Position numbers and translations under genes: made by a program. The notes under the pieces are model-generated. The model had not been told where the DNA came from. It did not search any database and saw nothing but the letters and a program-made list of their open reading frames with translations. Positions 38,816 through 52,141 of a stretch of DNA of 55,066 bases are shown here, piece by piece; position 1 is the stretch's first letter; each line of letters opens with the position of its first letter. The stretch comes from Octopus sinensis (Eukaryota): assembly GCF_006345805.1 (NCBI RefSeq), contig NW_021833899.1, positions 1 to 55,066 on the forward strand. The letters run 5' to 3'.

Positions 38816-39352
38816 ATGAGAAAACGTTAACAATACAATAGTATGCTGGAAGGGGTTCATATGTTATAACGCAAATGCAAATGGATAGAAATAAAGTAAA
38901 GCAATCAACACAGGTTTCCGAAAGCCTATCGAGATGCTGTTGCGACTAAGACACCCGAAATTAGTTTGAAGCATTTTTGGCTCAAGCTCAAATGCGATAT
39001 ACCTCTCATTCTCAGGACTATGAAACTTAAGCTGGTGATAAAAGCTGAAGCGTGTTTTGGCAACGACCAATAATTTTGCAGCACAAACAATCATCACCTT
39101 TTTCGCTTGAAAGCATTGCAGTATTTAACTTCCCTTCTTCAGGGTATGTTATGTTAAAGCGAATTAAGTACTCCTTTCCAATAAATATCATGAAGCGGCA
39201 ATTTGTCGGTATGGGAATAGATTCTTGATGGTTTCCTTGTTCTTGTTTCTGGGGTTTTTGCCTCCACTTACTCTTTATTACGTAATTTGTATACCTTTCT
39301 TTTCATTATAAGGCAATGGGAAATTGATTGGGTAACAGGGCTGTTGGTAACC

Positions 39353-39580
39353 TATTTCTTTACTACCCACAAGGGGCTAAACACAGAGAGGACAAACGAG
39401 GACAGACAAACGGATTAATTCGATTACATCGACCCCAGTGCGAAATTAGTACTTTATTTATCGACCCCGAAAGGATAAAAGGCAAAGTCGACCTCGGCGG
39501 AATTTGAACTCAGAACGTAACGACAGACGAAATACCGCCAAGCATTTCGCCCGGCGTGCTAACGATTCTGCCAGATCGCC
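39353..39580 (-). mobile_element. SINE family B with 27-bp TSD
   Basis: GATTGGGTAACAGGGCTGTTGGTAACC at 39326-39352 and 39581-39607. Confidence 0.92.
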
Positions 39581-39824
39581 GATTGGGTAACAGGGCTGTT
39601 GGTAACCACTTCCCCCGACACTCTATTCTAGGAGACAACAGGACGGTCTCGCCTCATTCATTCTGCCGCCGATTAATTGTACTGGGGAATTTCACTAAAT
39701 TCCCCTTTAAGGTATCCCTAAAGCTGCAACTGATTGTGTTTTGGGTTAACAGTTCAAATCTGCCCAACCTCCTTGTTGTTAAAAAACAACAGCAATGAAA
39801 AGAAAAAAATAGTATTCGTATTAT

Positions 39825-39860
39825 ATAATAATAATAGAAATAATGGTGATCATGATAGTC

Positions 39861-39909
<49 letters not shown>

Positions 39910-40032
39910 TAATAATAATGATAATAATGATAATGATGATAATAATAATGATGATAATGATGATAATGATAATGATGATCATGATGATAATAATAATAAT
40001 AATAATAACAACAACAACAACAATAATAATAA

Positions 40033-40067
<35 letters not shown>

Positions 40068-40135
40068 TAATAATAATAATATAATAATAATAATAATAAT
40101 AATATAATAATAATAATAATGATAATAATAATATA
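39825..40135. repeat. (AAT/GAT)n microsatellite
   Basis: Direct inspection. Confidence 0.97.
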
Positions 40136-41247
40136 GTGATTATGCTGATGAATGAAATAAAAGAAAAATTGTTCAATAATGAGACATAAACATCGGTCAT
40201 AATAGTAATTGTTCCACTGGGAAGGATAAAATATAACACAATGAAAAATCTATATAAGTTAATACTAAAGTTTAGATTATTACACAATGAATATAAAAAC
40301 ATTAATGTTGCCAGACAACGAACATTCACTGGCGAAGCGAGTTCAACAAAGTAGTTGATGTACGTGTGATGGTTTGTTTGAGTCTATACGCACATACATA
40401 CATATATACATGCATACATGTGTGTGTATGTGCGCTTGTGTATTCATATCTATTCATATATATATATATTCATATATTATGCTATATAATGTAATGCAAC
40501 GAAGTAAGGAAACAAAATCTCGACGAAAGCTTTAAGGACAACAATTAGCTTCCACCACAAACTATTTTATCTCCAAACACAGTAGACTATTATTCTGTTG
40601 CTGTAGCAATTCATGAAAAGATGTATATCATGAATGTATAGCAGCGGGGCCACATATATAATGGGTTAAGAGACAAAAAAAGCCAGTATTATATTTTATT
40701 ATGGAAACAGTCAGTTTTTGTTAACAAAAAATATAGAATGTTAATATAGACTATTGATTGTTGTAACATGTATTATGTTACAACAATAATTATAAATACT
40801 ACTTCAATGTTACTGTTACCTATGATGTACTTGATATCGATATTAGGAAAAGAGCAAAAATATAACAAGGCAAATTACTGATCGTGTACTGTTATGGGAA
40901 ATACTTTTAAACAGCATTTAGCTTCTGTAGAGGTTTTTCACGCTAAATGCTGACTGGAAATGTAGAAGCACTATGTAAATGATATGACCATTTATATAAC
41001 AAGAATCTTTAAGAAAGATCGAAGAGTTTGAAATACACTGCACTTTTAAAGTTATGTGCATAAGCTCGGCACTTTTCTTTAGGTATATTTTTGCTTTGAT
41101 CCTGACATTTCGGAAGTTGATCAATTCTGGAATTCAACAAGTTGAGACGAGAGACGTCAAAAAACTAAATTTCTTAACGGTGCAAAAATAGTGTGATCTA
41201 AATCTTCTAGAATATGATTTAGAAAAGTTAATTATTAACCATATTAC

Positions 41248-41398
41248 CTTAGTATCTTCTGCACAACTGCCACTTGGGCCAAGTTCAGTTATCCTATATA
41301 GATATTCAAGTCTATGAGTGTATATTGTCTTCCAGATCTCTACTGGTATACCCATTTCTTTGTCATCATATTGTTCGTAGTAAATACTAGAAGTTATT
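41248..41398 (-). CDS. Candidate isolated coding exon, product unknown
   Basis: AG acceptor, then 151 nt open in only one frame (ITSSIYYEQYDDKEMGIPVEIWKTIYTHRLEYLYRITELGPSGSCAEDTK), then an AAG|GTAATA donor. Non-repetitive, protein-like composition. No partner exon confirmed. Confidence 0.3.
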
Positions 41399-41729
41399 CT
41401 AATACAGGATAACTCACCTCTATTATTATTTTCGAAACTTCTCTTATTATATGTTAGCGTTTTAGAATTGATGGAGCAGTTTCAGAGGGTTTAATTAAGA
41501 TAACACCCTTAATGATTAGAAAACATCATTGATGTAGAAGTTCGATTTACAGCCATATTATTTTCGTTTCACTCTCAATTCGCAACACCTTAGGCTAGTT
41601 TCTTCTGCTTTAGACGTGGGCCAACAAAAGCGTCCCGGCTTAAGAGTAAAATTTGTTTGCCGGAAAGTGAAGAAGTTGTATATATGAGGTGCATCTTTAT
41701 CTATATCTATATCTATATATATGTATATC

Positions 41730-41935
41730 TTTGTGTATGTGTTTGTGTACGTACATGCCCCTGCTTGACAACCGGTGTTAGCTTATTTCTGTCCCCGTAA
41801 CAATAATTTAATAGAATATCTTGCATTAAGTACTAGCCTTTAAAATAATATATCCTGGTCTTATTTTGTTTGATTAAACCCTTGAGGGCGGTGCTCCTGC
41901 ATGGCCGCGGAGCATTGACCGATGCAAGAAATAAA
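41730..41935 (+). mobile_element. SINE family A, decayed 3' half
   Basis: gcttgacaaccggtgtt...gggcggtgctcctgcatggccgc. Confidence 0.6.
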
Positions 41936-42235
41936 AACCGGTAGGAATATCGTAACTAAAAACTATGGGGTTATAATGCAAAAAGTTTAATTATAAGGGG
42001 TTAACACAGGATTTCAATATTAGCATTGACTGTGATTTGCTACAGATTTGGTTACTATATGTATCATAGGAATCGAACTCATAGAGGACTTTTCTGTGGC
42101 TATTGCTTGTGTAGATATGAGTAGTTAGGTGTGTGTGTGTCTTCGTGAGAGAGAGAGAGAGAGAGCGAAAGAGCGAACGTAAATAGATATCTGGTAAACT
42201 GTATCCATCTGTATATGTATCTGTATATATATATG

Positions 42236-42267
<32 letters not shown>

Positions 42268-42562
42268 ATATATGAGTATATATATATATGAGTATATATA
42301 TATAAATGTGTGTGTGTGTGTGTATGTGTATTTAGGTAGATATAGATATAGATATATAAGTAGTTAAGTCTACTCACGTCTCAGACGTTACAGTATATGG
42401 ATGGTTTCCTATAATACCGATCACGACTGTCTCCGGGAGAATCATATACGCATATGTGTGCAAATACATATAGATGCAAAGGTGAACGTCATGTATCGAC
42501 TGAAACCTACATACATTTATAACCATACATATATATCATACATACATATATATCATATATAT

Positions 42563-42606
<44 letters not shown>

Positions 42607-43714
42607 TATATATATACGTATATATATACAGATATACAGGCATACTTAACCCTATACTTGTGTTCATATATATGTATATATATATATATATATATATACA
42701 TTAATAAATAGATTGTTACAGATAGATAGATAAAGAGAGAGGGAGGAAGGCAGGGGGAGAGAAATTAGTAAGCAGAGGAAGAGATGTAGAGAGAGAGAAA
42801 GAGAGAGAGAGAGAAACATATAAATCTATGGATATACAAATAGGGTGAGTGAGACAGACACATAGAGATGAAGGTTTAACTTTGAAAAGGAGAGACAGAA
42901 GCTCAGAAACTAATGAGAGGGCGACTTCACCGTGAAAATAAAAGATATCAATTTGATTTGCAAATTTAGTTATAGTTTGTTTCCTTAATCTAATGTTTGT
43001 CTAGGTTGGATGTGCTGTCTCCATTAAATACTGGTCTTTGTCTTGATTTTGTCCAATATTATACTGGTCTGCAAACTTATTTTCTCTACTGATATTTTCT
43101 GATGTTTTATGATTTTCGCTTTTGTGATGGTATATGAATTAAATAAATTCTGATCAACTGGTCAATTATTTTGCAAGCAAACCGTGTTTTTTTACTACTT
43201 TTAATAATCAATTTCTTGTTCGTTTTATATTTTTTATATCATTATTTTTCGTTAGCCTACTAATTTGAGTTTAAATAATTTTACGTCTCTGTTTCTCATT
43301 GATTAAGAGCTCTTCAGATCTAAGCTAGCGCTTGCTTCAGTGTTTTTACATCTACAATTATCAACGTAGTCTTTAGAGCAAAAAGGTAATATCTGACGAA
43401 ACGAGTGATGTTTAATTTCAGCAATTAACAAGAATAAAATACTCAGAGGGGGAATAATTTTTTCTGTCTGGAAGGAGAATCTGCAGTATCTCGAGTAGCA
43501 TCCTTTGACGGTCTGCTCTCCATTATTCATTTATGACGAGGCCCCTCTCATCTTCTAGCAAAGACATTTCTGGCACTTCTGTGTATTTTTCTTTAAAGCT
43601 AAATACAAATGATGAACTAAAATCAAATAGGGAAGCAATAACACTTCAAATTTTTGGAAGCATAATGTATTCTTTTCTACTCTAGGCACAATGCCCGAAA
43701 TTTTGGGGGATGGG

Positions 43715-44105
43715 GCCAGTCGATTAGATCGGCTCCAGAACGCAACTGGTACTTAATTAATTTATCGATCCCGAATGGATGAAAGGGAATTTAAACTCAG
43801 AACGTAAAGATAGACGAAATAGCGCTATACATTTCGCCCAGCGTGTAAAAGTTACTACCATCTCGCCACCTTAGGAAACGCAATATATATTTCTTTATTG
43901 GTCACAGGGGGCTAAACATAGTGGGGACAAACAAAGACAGACAAAGGGATTAAGCCGATTACATCAACACCAGTGCATAACTGGTACTTATTTAATCGAC
44001 CCCCGAAAGGATGAAAGTCAAAGTCGACCGCGGCGGAATTTGAAGTCAGAACGTAAAGATAGACGAAATAGCGCTATACATTTCGCCCAGCGTGCTAACG
44101 TTACA
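43715..44105 (-). mobile_element. Two adjacent SINE family B copies
   Basis: Two core and head segments. A degenerate direct repeat (accttaggaa..caatatat) flanks the second copy. Confidence 0.78.
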
Positions 44106-44684
44106 CCTTAGGAAGCACAATATATTGATTAAAAAATTATGTTATGATGATATGCATTTCAAGGTAAACGGCAGAGTCTACAATGCTGGAAGCCTTCGAG
44201 GTTTAATTCCATATCCTTTGAAAGTTGTCGTTTTGTTTATTATGCTTCAAATAATCGTTTTATAATATTCATTTCATTTTGCAAGTGGTCAAGACTACCA
44301 GTTCGTACTTTAAATTTACATGAATTACAAATAGAATTATTCATATGTATACATCGTTCGGGCTTACCAGCAGATGGTTTTTATACCATTTTACATATAT
44401 TCATGGAAAAGCTATTCATAAAAATGGAGAAACGTTGATGTCCATCGTGTCAGAATGGGACCTAGTGTGAGCTGTCTCACTTTAACATCCGGTTCTATGT
44501 GAGAATCACCTCCACAGCGTCGAGCCGAGCCGAACGGCCAACTATTAAAGCGCATTCATTTTGTGTGTTTGATATTGTCTACAACACTCGAGTTGGTTCT
44601 AAAATTTGTATTTGAATAATTTCATAAAATATTTCTATATATAAAACTAAAAAGACTAGTCTTAGTTTGCAGAGAATTTACTGA

Positions 44685-45480
44685 TGCGTTTGTAATCAGC
44701 CATGCTGTAAAGCAGGGTGCGTTCTTGTCCTTGAATTTTACTACGAGCTGTTCTTTATCTCGAGCTGTTCTTCACATCATTAACATCAATCAACACATGT
44801 GTACCAGAACAGATGGGAAGCTCTTGAACATCGCTGATCTTTGTGCCTCCACCAAAATCAGGGAAAGGTGTGTGAGGGAACTGCTCTTGGAGACGACTCA
44901 GCACTCGTGGCTTGCAACAATACATGGTGGGCATATTTTTTTGTGCAGCCGACAGGTTTGGTCTCAAGTTCGACACTTTAAAAAATTAAGCTGCTCCTCC
45001 GAACTTCACTATGATGATAAGATGGCAGGATCTTATTCCTGATGTTTCGTGCCTCGCAGGCGCAGTTAGTATGGAGACCCTCCTTACCCCATCGCAGCTG
45101 CGCTGAGCGGGATATGTTTGAACGATGAGATGAGTCAGGCTCCTTAAGGCAGTTTTCTATGCTGAACTGTGTCAGGGTAGGCGATGATGTGGTGGCCACA
45201 GGATGCAATAGAAAGATGTGCTGGAGAGACATATGAGAACTCAAGCATCAATTACTGAAGCGTCTTTCCAGACATATTGGAGGTCAATGCCCTGTGGCAC
45301 GATCCTCGGCACTGATCGCGGAAGCTCGTAATTCTGACCATTGAGAAACAACTGAGAGCATATGAATGAGCGGAGGAGTGCTGGTACGACTCCGTTGCGT
45401 CAAGTAGCTTCACCAGCAACAGATCTAAACCAGGCCTCGTAACCAATATGCGAGACTGCCAGATGATTACTGAAGAAAAA
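44685..45480 (+). pseudogene. RTE (BovB-like) reverse transcriptase fragment
   Basis: VKQG(C)VL, RTDGKLLNI...STKIRERCVRELL..DDSALVA, and YAELCQGRR.CGGHR...KDVLERHM. Multiple frameshifts. Confidence 0.85.
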
Positions 45481-46848
45481 AAATTCAACGTCGACCTATG
45501 TCAGACAGCCGAAGTGAAAGAAGATATACGAGAACGAATGGTCACACCACATGTTATTCTGTCATATTTCCAGTTATACATTAAAATATACACTTCGGTT
45601 CATTTATAATTATTATTTGCCTTTTTTTCTAAGAAACACTGGTCCCAATTATACAAGAAAATCTGTTATAAAATGGAATTTTATAAGACATCGTTTCTCA
45701 TATTTTTTAATGCCGAAGTTGAAACAACTTAGATAATAAAATAATGACTATGGTTTAACTGGCGGCGTTTGAATAAATATTTTGGAGATCAGAGTTGAAA
45801 CAAATAAATGGTTGTTTCACTTGCTGTCCTTATATAACTGTTCAGATGGAAACAGAGAACTCACCTACCTACGTTGAGTCGGTACAACTAAATACTGTTT
45901 CTCCAAGACATTTATAAAATATAAGACAGATGTGTTCCTAATACTTTATATAAAGAAATTCGAATTGATTTAGAAATTGTAGAAGGAAAAAATTTAGCTG
46001 AAAGAAGACTTTTACATTATGCAGCTTAAGAAAATTTGTAAATGATGTCTACTTACCAGATTTGTTTTAATGTTATTATGGTTGCTCAGCTCTGATTAAG
46101 AAGACTTATAATCAAAAACATTATTCGTAAACATCCAACATTTTCGTTTAATAAAAACTACAATATTCGAATGTGTGATTCCGCTTTAATGGTTGTAGGG
46201 TGTTATTAGAAAACGGATTGCTTGCTATTCCTAGCAGTTCGAGTTGACCACGTACGTTTCCTCATTGAATCCTTCAGTTGACTGTTTTACTGCATCCAAA
46301 ATTAAGCGCAGCTTTAGAAACGAGGAAAATCAAGAAATATATATTCTTCTTTAACAGAGTCAAAGAAAGAATTTAGGCACTATACTGTTAGATAGTAAGT
46401 TTCTCTAAATAATATGGAATATAATAAAGAACATTCATTGAAAAGTCATTAAGGAATCTAATGTCAGGCAGGACGAAAGGTTTGACAGGTCTACAACATC
46501 TATTGATAAATGCGAGCAGCCAACACAGTTCAAGACACAAAAGTTCTATTGATTCTTCGGTAAGTTCTGTTATTAGCTTTTCAGAAAGGATTTTTCAATG
46601 CGAAAACTTCAACCTACGCACGTAATAGATATTTTTTTTCTTTTACGTGATGAAAAGCAGATTATAAGAGAGACACATAATTCAACGTGTATATGTCTGT
46701 TTGGAAAAGGAGAAAAAAAATATGTGGCTGCATATGTCAGTGTGTGAGAGTGTGTGTGAGAGAGAGAGAGAGAGTGTGTGTACATGTGTATGTGCGTGTT
46801 TGTGGGCGTTCATACCTATAGGCAATTACAAACACATTTGTGTGCATA

Positions 46849-46890
<42 letters not shown>

Positions 46891-46962
46891 ATATACATAC
46901 ATACATACACACACACATATATATACATATATATATATATATTATATATATATATATTATAT

Positions 46963-47027
<65 letters not shown>

Positions 47028-48006
47028 TATATATAAAGGGTAAGCAACAGGTTGCTTAGCCACACCACATACCGAAAATTTAGAAATAGCAGTCAAAGAC
47101 CGCTTATTTCTATCTTCTACAAATATAACTCCACATGTAACATATATATGTAACTCACATATGTAAAAAGAAGGAAAAATAACGAAAACAAAATCTTCGG
47201 TCAGTTACGGACGCGTTTCTGTGTTAGAATTATAAATAATTTCATTCCCGTCTTCAGCGTAACATTCCATGAAATAGATTTGCAAATGTTATTTACATAC
47301 CTTTTGCTTCCCGACCTCCGTTATCAGAGATAGCAGGAGATATTTACCCTTAAATATATATATATATATATATTTCGGAATGGTCATTTTGCCAGTTTAG
47401 TCAATAAAAACGCACGCACTATATATTTGGTGTTCTTTTGCTTCATTGTTATTTATTTTTTACATTAATCTTAATCTTATTTCGGCCAGAGTTCTTTCGT
47501 CACACTCCTGTGACCGCATCAGTGGTCCTTTGTTTTCTTCTTTCTTATTTGTGTCTCTCCTTACTAACCGTCAGCCATTTTGTATTTCTATTGTATGTCT
47601 TCATTTGCGCATGCTTATATCTCATAAAAAATCTTGCACAACAAATATTTAAACGTATATATATATATAATTTTATACCTTTATTCGTTTCAGCCCAAAG
47701 GCTGTGGTCATGCTAGAGCATTGCCAATGTTATCACCATTTCAATAGCCATTCTGTAATGATTAGCTTTTGGTGAAGGATTCAGTTTCATATTAGTGACC
47801 TCTTTTGAGTTTCTCGCCGTGGTGTAGGTTCATCTGGTATCCTAGGCTGTAGGAGGTCAAGTTGCTACTGATGCCTACTCCGTGTTGATCTCTAAGATGG
47901 GTTGGAAAAATATTGAATAGCCGTCACCACTTGAATCGCTACTGCAAACTTCATGCTAATTCTATACAAGATAGGTGAAACCTTTGCCTCATTGGCAAAG
48001 TTTGGT

Positions 48007-48038
<32 letters not shown>

Positions 48039-48039
<1 letters not shown>

Positions 48040-48427
48040 CTTTATATATAAAAGTTGTGTGTCTGTCTCCTACGATTTAGATTCCTAACTACTCCCACAT
48101 TTTGCGGTGCAGTGTAACCAAAATCGGGTATCTTATAGTCGTGATTCATATGGAGCCCTTCTGGGTATTAGCGCGCGTGTATAATGAGTCTACGATTTAA
48201 AAAAAATTAACCATCATTTTTTATCATTTTTAATGCATTTTTTTGCTATCATATAAGGGAAGTAACTCTCTAAAAATGTATTATTAAATCTCAGAACGTA
48301 AAAAGCTACAGTAACACCCGCATTTGTGGTTAGCCATATTGAGATGGCCATTATACTTTATATCTCTAAAAATGCTTATATAGTTATTTCCCTTACAAAT
48401 CCGAGCAACCCCGGGCGATACTGCTAG
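48039..48427 (+). mobile_element. Non-autonomous Helitron
   Basis: Begins A|TCTTTATATATAAAAG and ends ...CCGAGCAACCCCGGGCGATACTGCTAG|T. This gives a 5' TC, a subterminal GC-rich segment, a 3' CTAG, and insertion between A and T. Confidence 0.78.
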
Positions 48428-48733
48428 TATATATATATATATGTATAATGTGTGTGTGACGAATGCATACTTGTACATTTTGGTGGTTACGTATATTTGC
48501 AGATATATATAAATTTCTTTGTAAATCTCTAAGAAGAATAAGTCTGGCACTTTAAATGTATACAGTAAATTTAAAATATTTGCCTAATGTTTATATTCTT
48601 TGCCAACATTTTTCACAAAATAAGTTGGCGCATCTGTAAACATCACAGCTTCCTTTCATACACGCCCTCCATTGCTAAGTTTCAATGTGTTCTTAAACCT
48701 ACAAGACATACAACGGAGTGTATATATATATAT

Positions 48734-48951
48734 TACTCTTTCACTCTTTTACTCTTTTACTTGTTCAGTCATTTGACTGCGGCTATGCTGGAGCACCGAC
48801 TTTAGTCGAGCAACTCGACCCCGGGACTTATTCTTTTTGTAAGCCCAGTACTTCTATCGGTCTCTTTTTGCCGAACCGCCAGGTGACGGGGACGCAAACA
48901 CACCAGCATCGGTTGTCAAGCAATGCTAGGGGAACAAACACAGACACACAA

Positions 48952-48982
<31 letters not shown>

Positions 48983-49154
48983 CATATATACGACAGGCTT
49001 CTTTCAGTTTCCGTCTACCAAATCCACTCACAAGGCATTGGTCGGCCCGGGGCTATAGCAGAAGACACTTGCCCAAGATGCCACGCAGTGGGACTGAACC
49101 CGGAGCCATGTGGTTGGTTAGCAAGCTACTTACCACACAGCCACTCCTACGCCT
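48734..49154 (-). mobile_element. SINE family A, full-length, flanked by (TA)n on both sides
   Basis: Reverse-complement match to the 37731 copy. Confidence 0.9.
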
Positions 49155-49752
49155 ATATATATATACATATACATATTTATTTATATATGTATATGTATAT
49201 ACACACATACACACACGCACACATATTCACACATAAATTCACATAGACGCAACGCAGAGATAGATAAATAGGCATACAAAGATATCCATAGTCATGGTAT
49301 AACAGGAATGAGTGTTCCTTTAATTTCTCTTTTCCTCCCATATTTTGTGCAAAATATGCTTTCACTAAAACAGAAAAACGTCAAAATTATAAGAAAAATT
49401 ACTCAGAAACGCCTGAATAAAGGAATCATTGAAACTTCATTTTGAAACGTGAAGCTATACAAACATATTATTCGTAGTTTCTGTCGCGACGAAAGACGAA
49501 TGATATGCCACGCCCAGAATGTTTTAGAGAGGTCTCTTATATATTATGTACAAGAAGGATAATGTCGCTCGAGCAGTCTGGATACTACCTTGACGTTTGA
49601 TATTTCATAGAGATTATTGAGGAATGTTGTGGAAACAGAATAATAAAGAATTTATTAAATATGTTTTTAATACCAGCAATTATGTAGAGAGTAGGTATGG
49701 AATTAAATTCCGAATCAAATTACGTGGCAAGAACCAGTTGTGTAAATTTGAT

Positions 49753-49964
49753 GAGCTGGTAGAATCGTTAGCACGTCGGGCAAATTGCTTCGCAGTATTT
49801 CGTTTGCGGTTACGTTCTGAGTTCAAATTCAGCCGGGGTCGACTTTACCTTTCATCCTTTCGGGGTCGATTAAATAAGTACCAGTTACGCACTGGGGTCA
49901 ATATAAATCGACTTAATCCGTTTGTCCCCTCTGTGTTTAGCCCCTTGTGGGTAGTAAAGAAATA
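49753..49964 (+). mobile_element. SINE family B with 11-bp TSD
   Basis: GTAAATTTGAT at 49742 and 49965. Confidence 0.87.
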
Positions 49965-50339
49965 GTAAATTTGATAGCGATTGAATGACTCAACCCTCCT
50001 CATCCTGGAAATAACCCCTAACGCCCCTCATATAACACAATATCATATTAACAAATAATAATAATAATTATAATAATAATATTAGTAATAGTAACAGTTC
50101 TCGCTTTAAGATGTCACGTCTTTTGCATTTCAATTTCTAGGTCCTTATATTTACTTAATTTGTCGAATTCCTTTACAGATACATTTTCATCAGTGGGAAC
50201 ACTTACATCTATTAGTCTACAAGTATTTTCTTCCCCGTTTTTAATAATTATGTCTGGTCGATTAGCTTGGATCATTCTGTCAGTCTTGACTCGAAAATCC
50301 TAGAGGATGGTAACAATTTTACCTTCAACGTTGAGTAAT

Positions 50340-50880
50340 CAGGCGCGTTGATTTTGTAGCGTTTACATATTTTGCAGTGTAAATACTGTCCTACCCCATC
50401 GTGGCGATTTTGTATTTGATTGGTGTCAGCACAGGGTATCCCGAGACGATATGATCTATTGTTTCTTCAAATGTGTCGCAAAATCTGCATTTATGGTCTG
50501 AACCATTCTGAAGAACGATAGCCTGGTAGATATTGTGAGCAAGCTTTGGTCTGGTGCCGCCAATAGGAAATCTTCAGTCTCAGCTTTCTGTTCTGAACTT
50601 CTCAGCCACTAATGGGTTGTTGTTTGATCTACATCAGCATTTCGACTTCGAAGTATATATTGTCCAAGCAGAGGCTTCTAGCTCCACCGCTCTTCAATTT
50701 GTTTCTACTTGTTAATTTTTTTATAGTCTGCTTGATGCGTTTTGCTGGTTTTCTGGCAATGGTTTCAGGTTCTTCATCTATTTCAGGGTTAACGCCAAGT
50801 TCCCTCGAAAATTTGAAAACTTCCTTCACAATGGAATGTAATTCTTTTTGCTGCTTTTATGTCTGCACATCAGCTGCAGC
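50340..50880 (-). pseudogene. R4/Dong-like non-LTR element C-terminal fragment
   Basis: WLRSSEQKAETEDFLLAAPDQSL, then CRFCDTFEETIDHIVSG(Y)P (CCHC-type knuckle, last C mutated), then RHDGVGQYLHCKICKRY. Confidence 0.82.
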
Positions 50881-50959
50881 GTCCAGTTTTCTGTACTAGA
50901 TAAGTACCCGTTCATTGCTATTGTGGAACTCTTAGTTCTACCTGCATCATCCGTCTTCC

Positions 50960-51058
50960 GCCATCCTCCTCCCCTCCTCCTCCTCCTCATCATCATCATC
51001 ATCACCATCACCATCATCATCATCATCATCATCCTCATCATCATTATCATCATCATCG

Positions 51059-51093
<35 letters not shown>

Positions 51094-51114
51094 GTCATCA
51101 TTATTATCATCATT

Positions 51115-51145
<31 letters not shown>

Positions 51146-51155
51146 TTATTATTAT
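50960..51155. repeat. (CCT)-(CAT)-(TAT)n compound microsatellite
   Basis: Direct inspection. Confidence 0.95.
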
Positions 51156-51543
51156 TGCCGGCAGAATCCTTAGCTCCCCGCTGATGTCGACTTTACCTTT
51201 TATCCTTTCGGGGTCAATAAAATTAGTACCAGTTACACGCTGGTGTTTTGATATAATCGACTTTGCTTTTCATCCTATGTAGGTCGATAATTTTTTCTCT
51301 AATATATCTGTGGGATCGATCTACTCAACTCACTCGATCCAATCCTGAGGTTTCTGGCCTTGTCTCAAAATGTGAAAACATCATTATTATTACTATTAAC
51401 TTTATTTTTTACAGATGGTGTTTGGTACCAGCAAATGTATTCATCTCAATGGAAATAATTTGGCAGAGATCAGACAGTTCTCGGACAAGAAGAATGACAT
51501 GTGTCACAGTACATGTAAGTTATATTATTATATCGATATTGGT

Positions 51544-52141
51544 GGAGGCGCAATGGCCCTGTGGTTAGGGCAGCATACTCGCAGTCATAAGAACGCGGTT
51601 TCGATTCCCAGACCGGGCATTGTGCGTGTTTATTGAGCAAAAATACCTAAGCTCCGTAAGGCTCCGGCGGGGAAGGGTCGAGAACCCCGCTGTAGTCTTT
51701 CACCACAACCATCTCTCACTCTTTAAGGCGGCGAACTGGCAGAAACGTTAGTTCGCCGAACGAAATGCCGAGCCGTATTTCGTCTGACGTTACATTCTGA
51801 GTTCAAATTCCGCCGATGTCGACTTTACCTTTCATCCTTTCGGGGTTGATAAAATAAGTACCAGTTACGCACTGGGTTCGATATAATCGGCTTAATCCGT
51901 CTGTCTGTCCTTCTTTGTCCTCTCTGAGTTTAGCCACTTCTGGGTAGTAAAGAAATAGGTATTTCGTCTGCCGTTACTTTCTGAGTTCAAATTCCGCCGA
52001 GGTCGACCTTGCCTTTCATCCTTTCGGCATTGATACATTAAGTACCAGTGACGTACTGGGTTCGATATAATCTACTTAATTCGTTAGTCTGTCCTTGTTT
52101 GTCTTCTCTGTGTTTAGCCACTTGTGGGCAGTAAAGAAATA
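51544..52141 (+). mobile_element. Chimeric SINE: family C head fused to a family B dimer, bounded by one 24-bp TSD
   Basis: C head at 51544-51724, B units at 51725-51957 and 51958-52141. TSD at 51519-51542 and 52142-52165, with 2 mismatches. Confidence 0.82.

Noticed and set aside
43303-43530. 75-aa non-repetitive ORF, and similar ones at 8084-8444 and 19502-19714
   Set aside because: No recognisable domain and no consistent splice signals.
51544-51620. tRNA genes at SINE heads
   Set aside because: A/B boxes are present, but each continues into a repeat body found in multiple copies and I could not fold a full cloverleaf.
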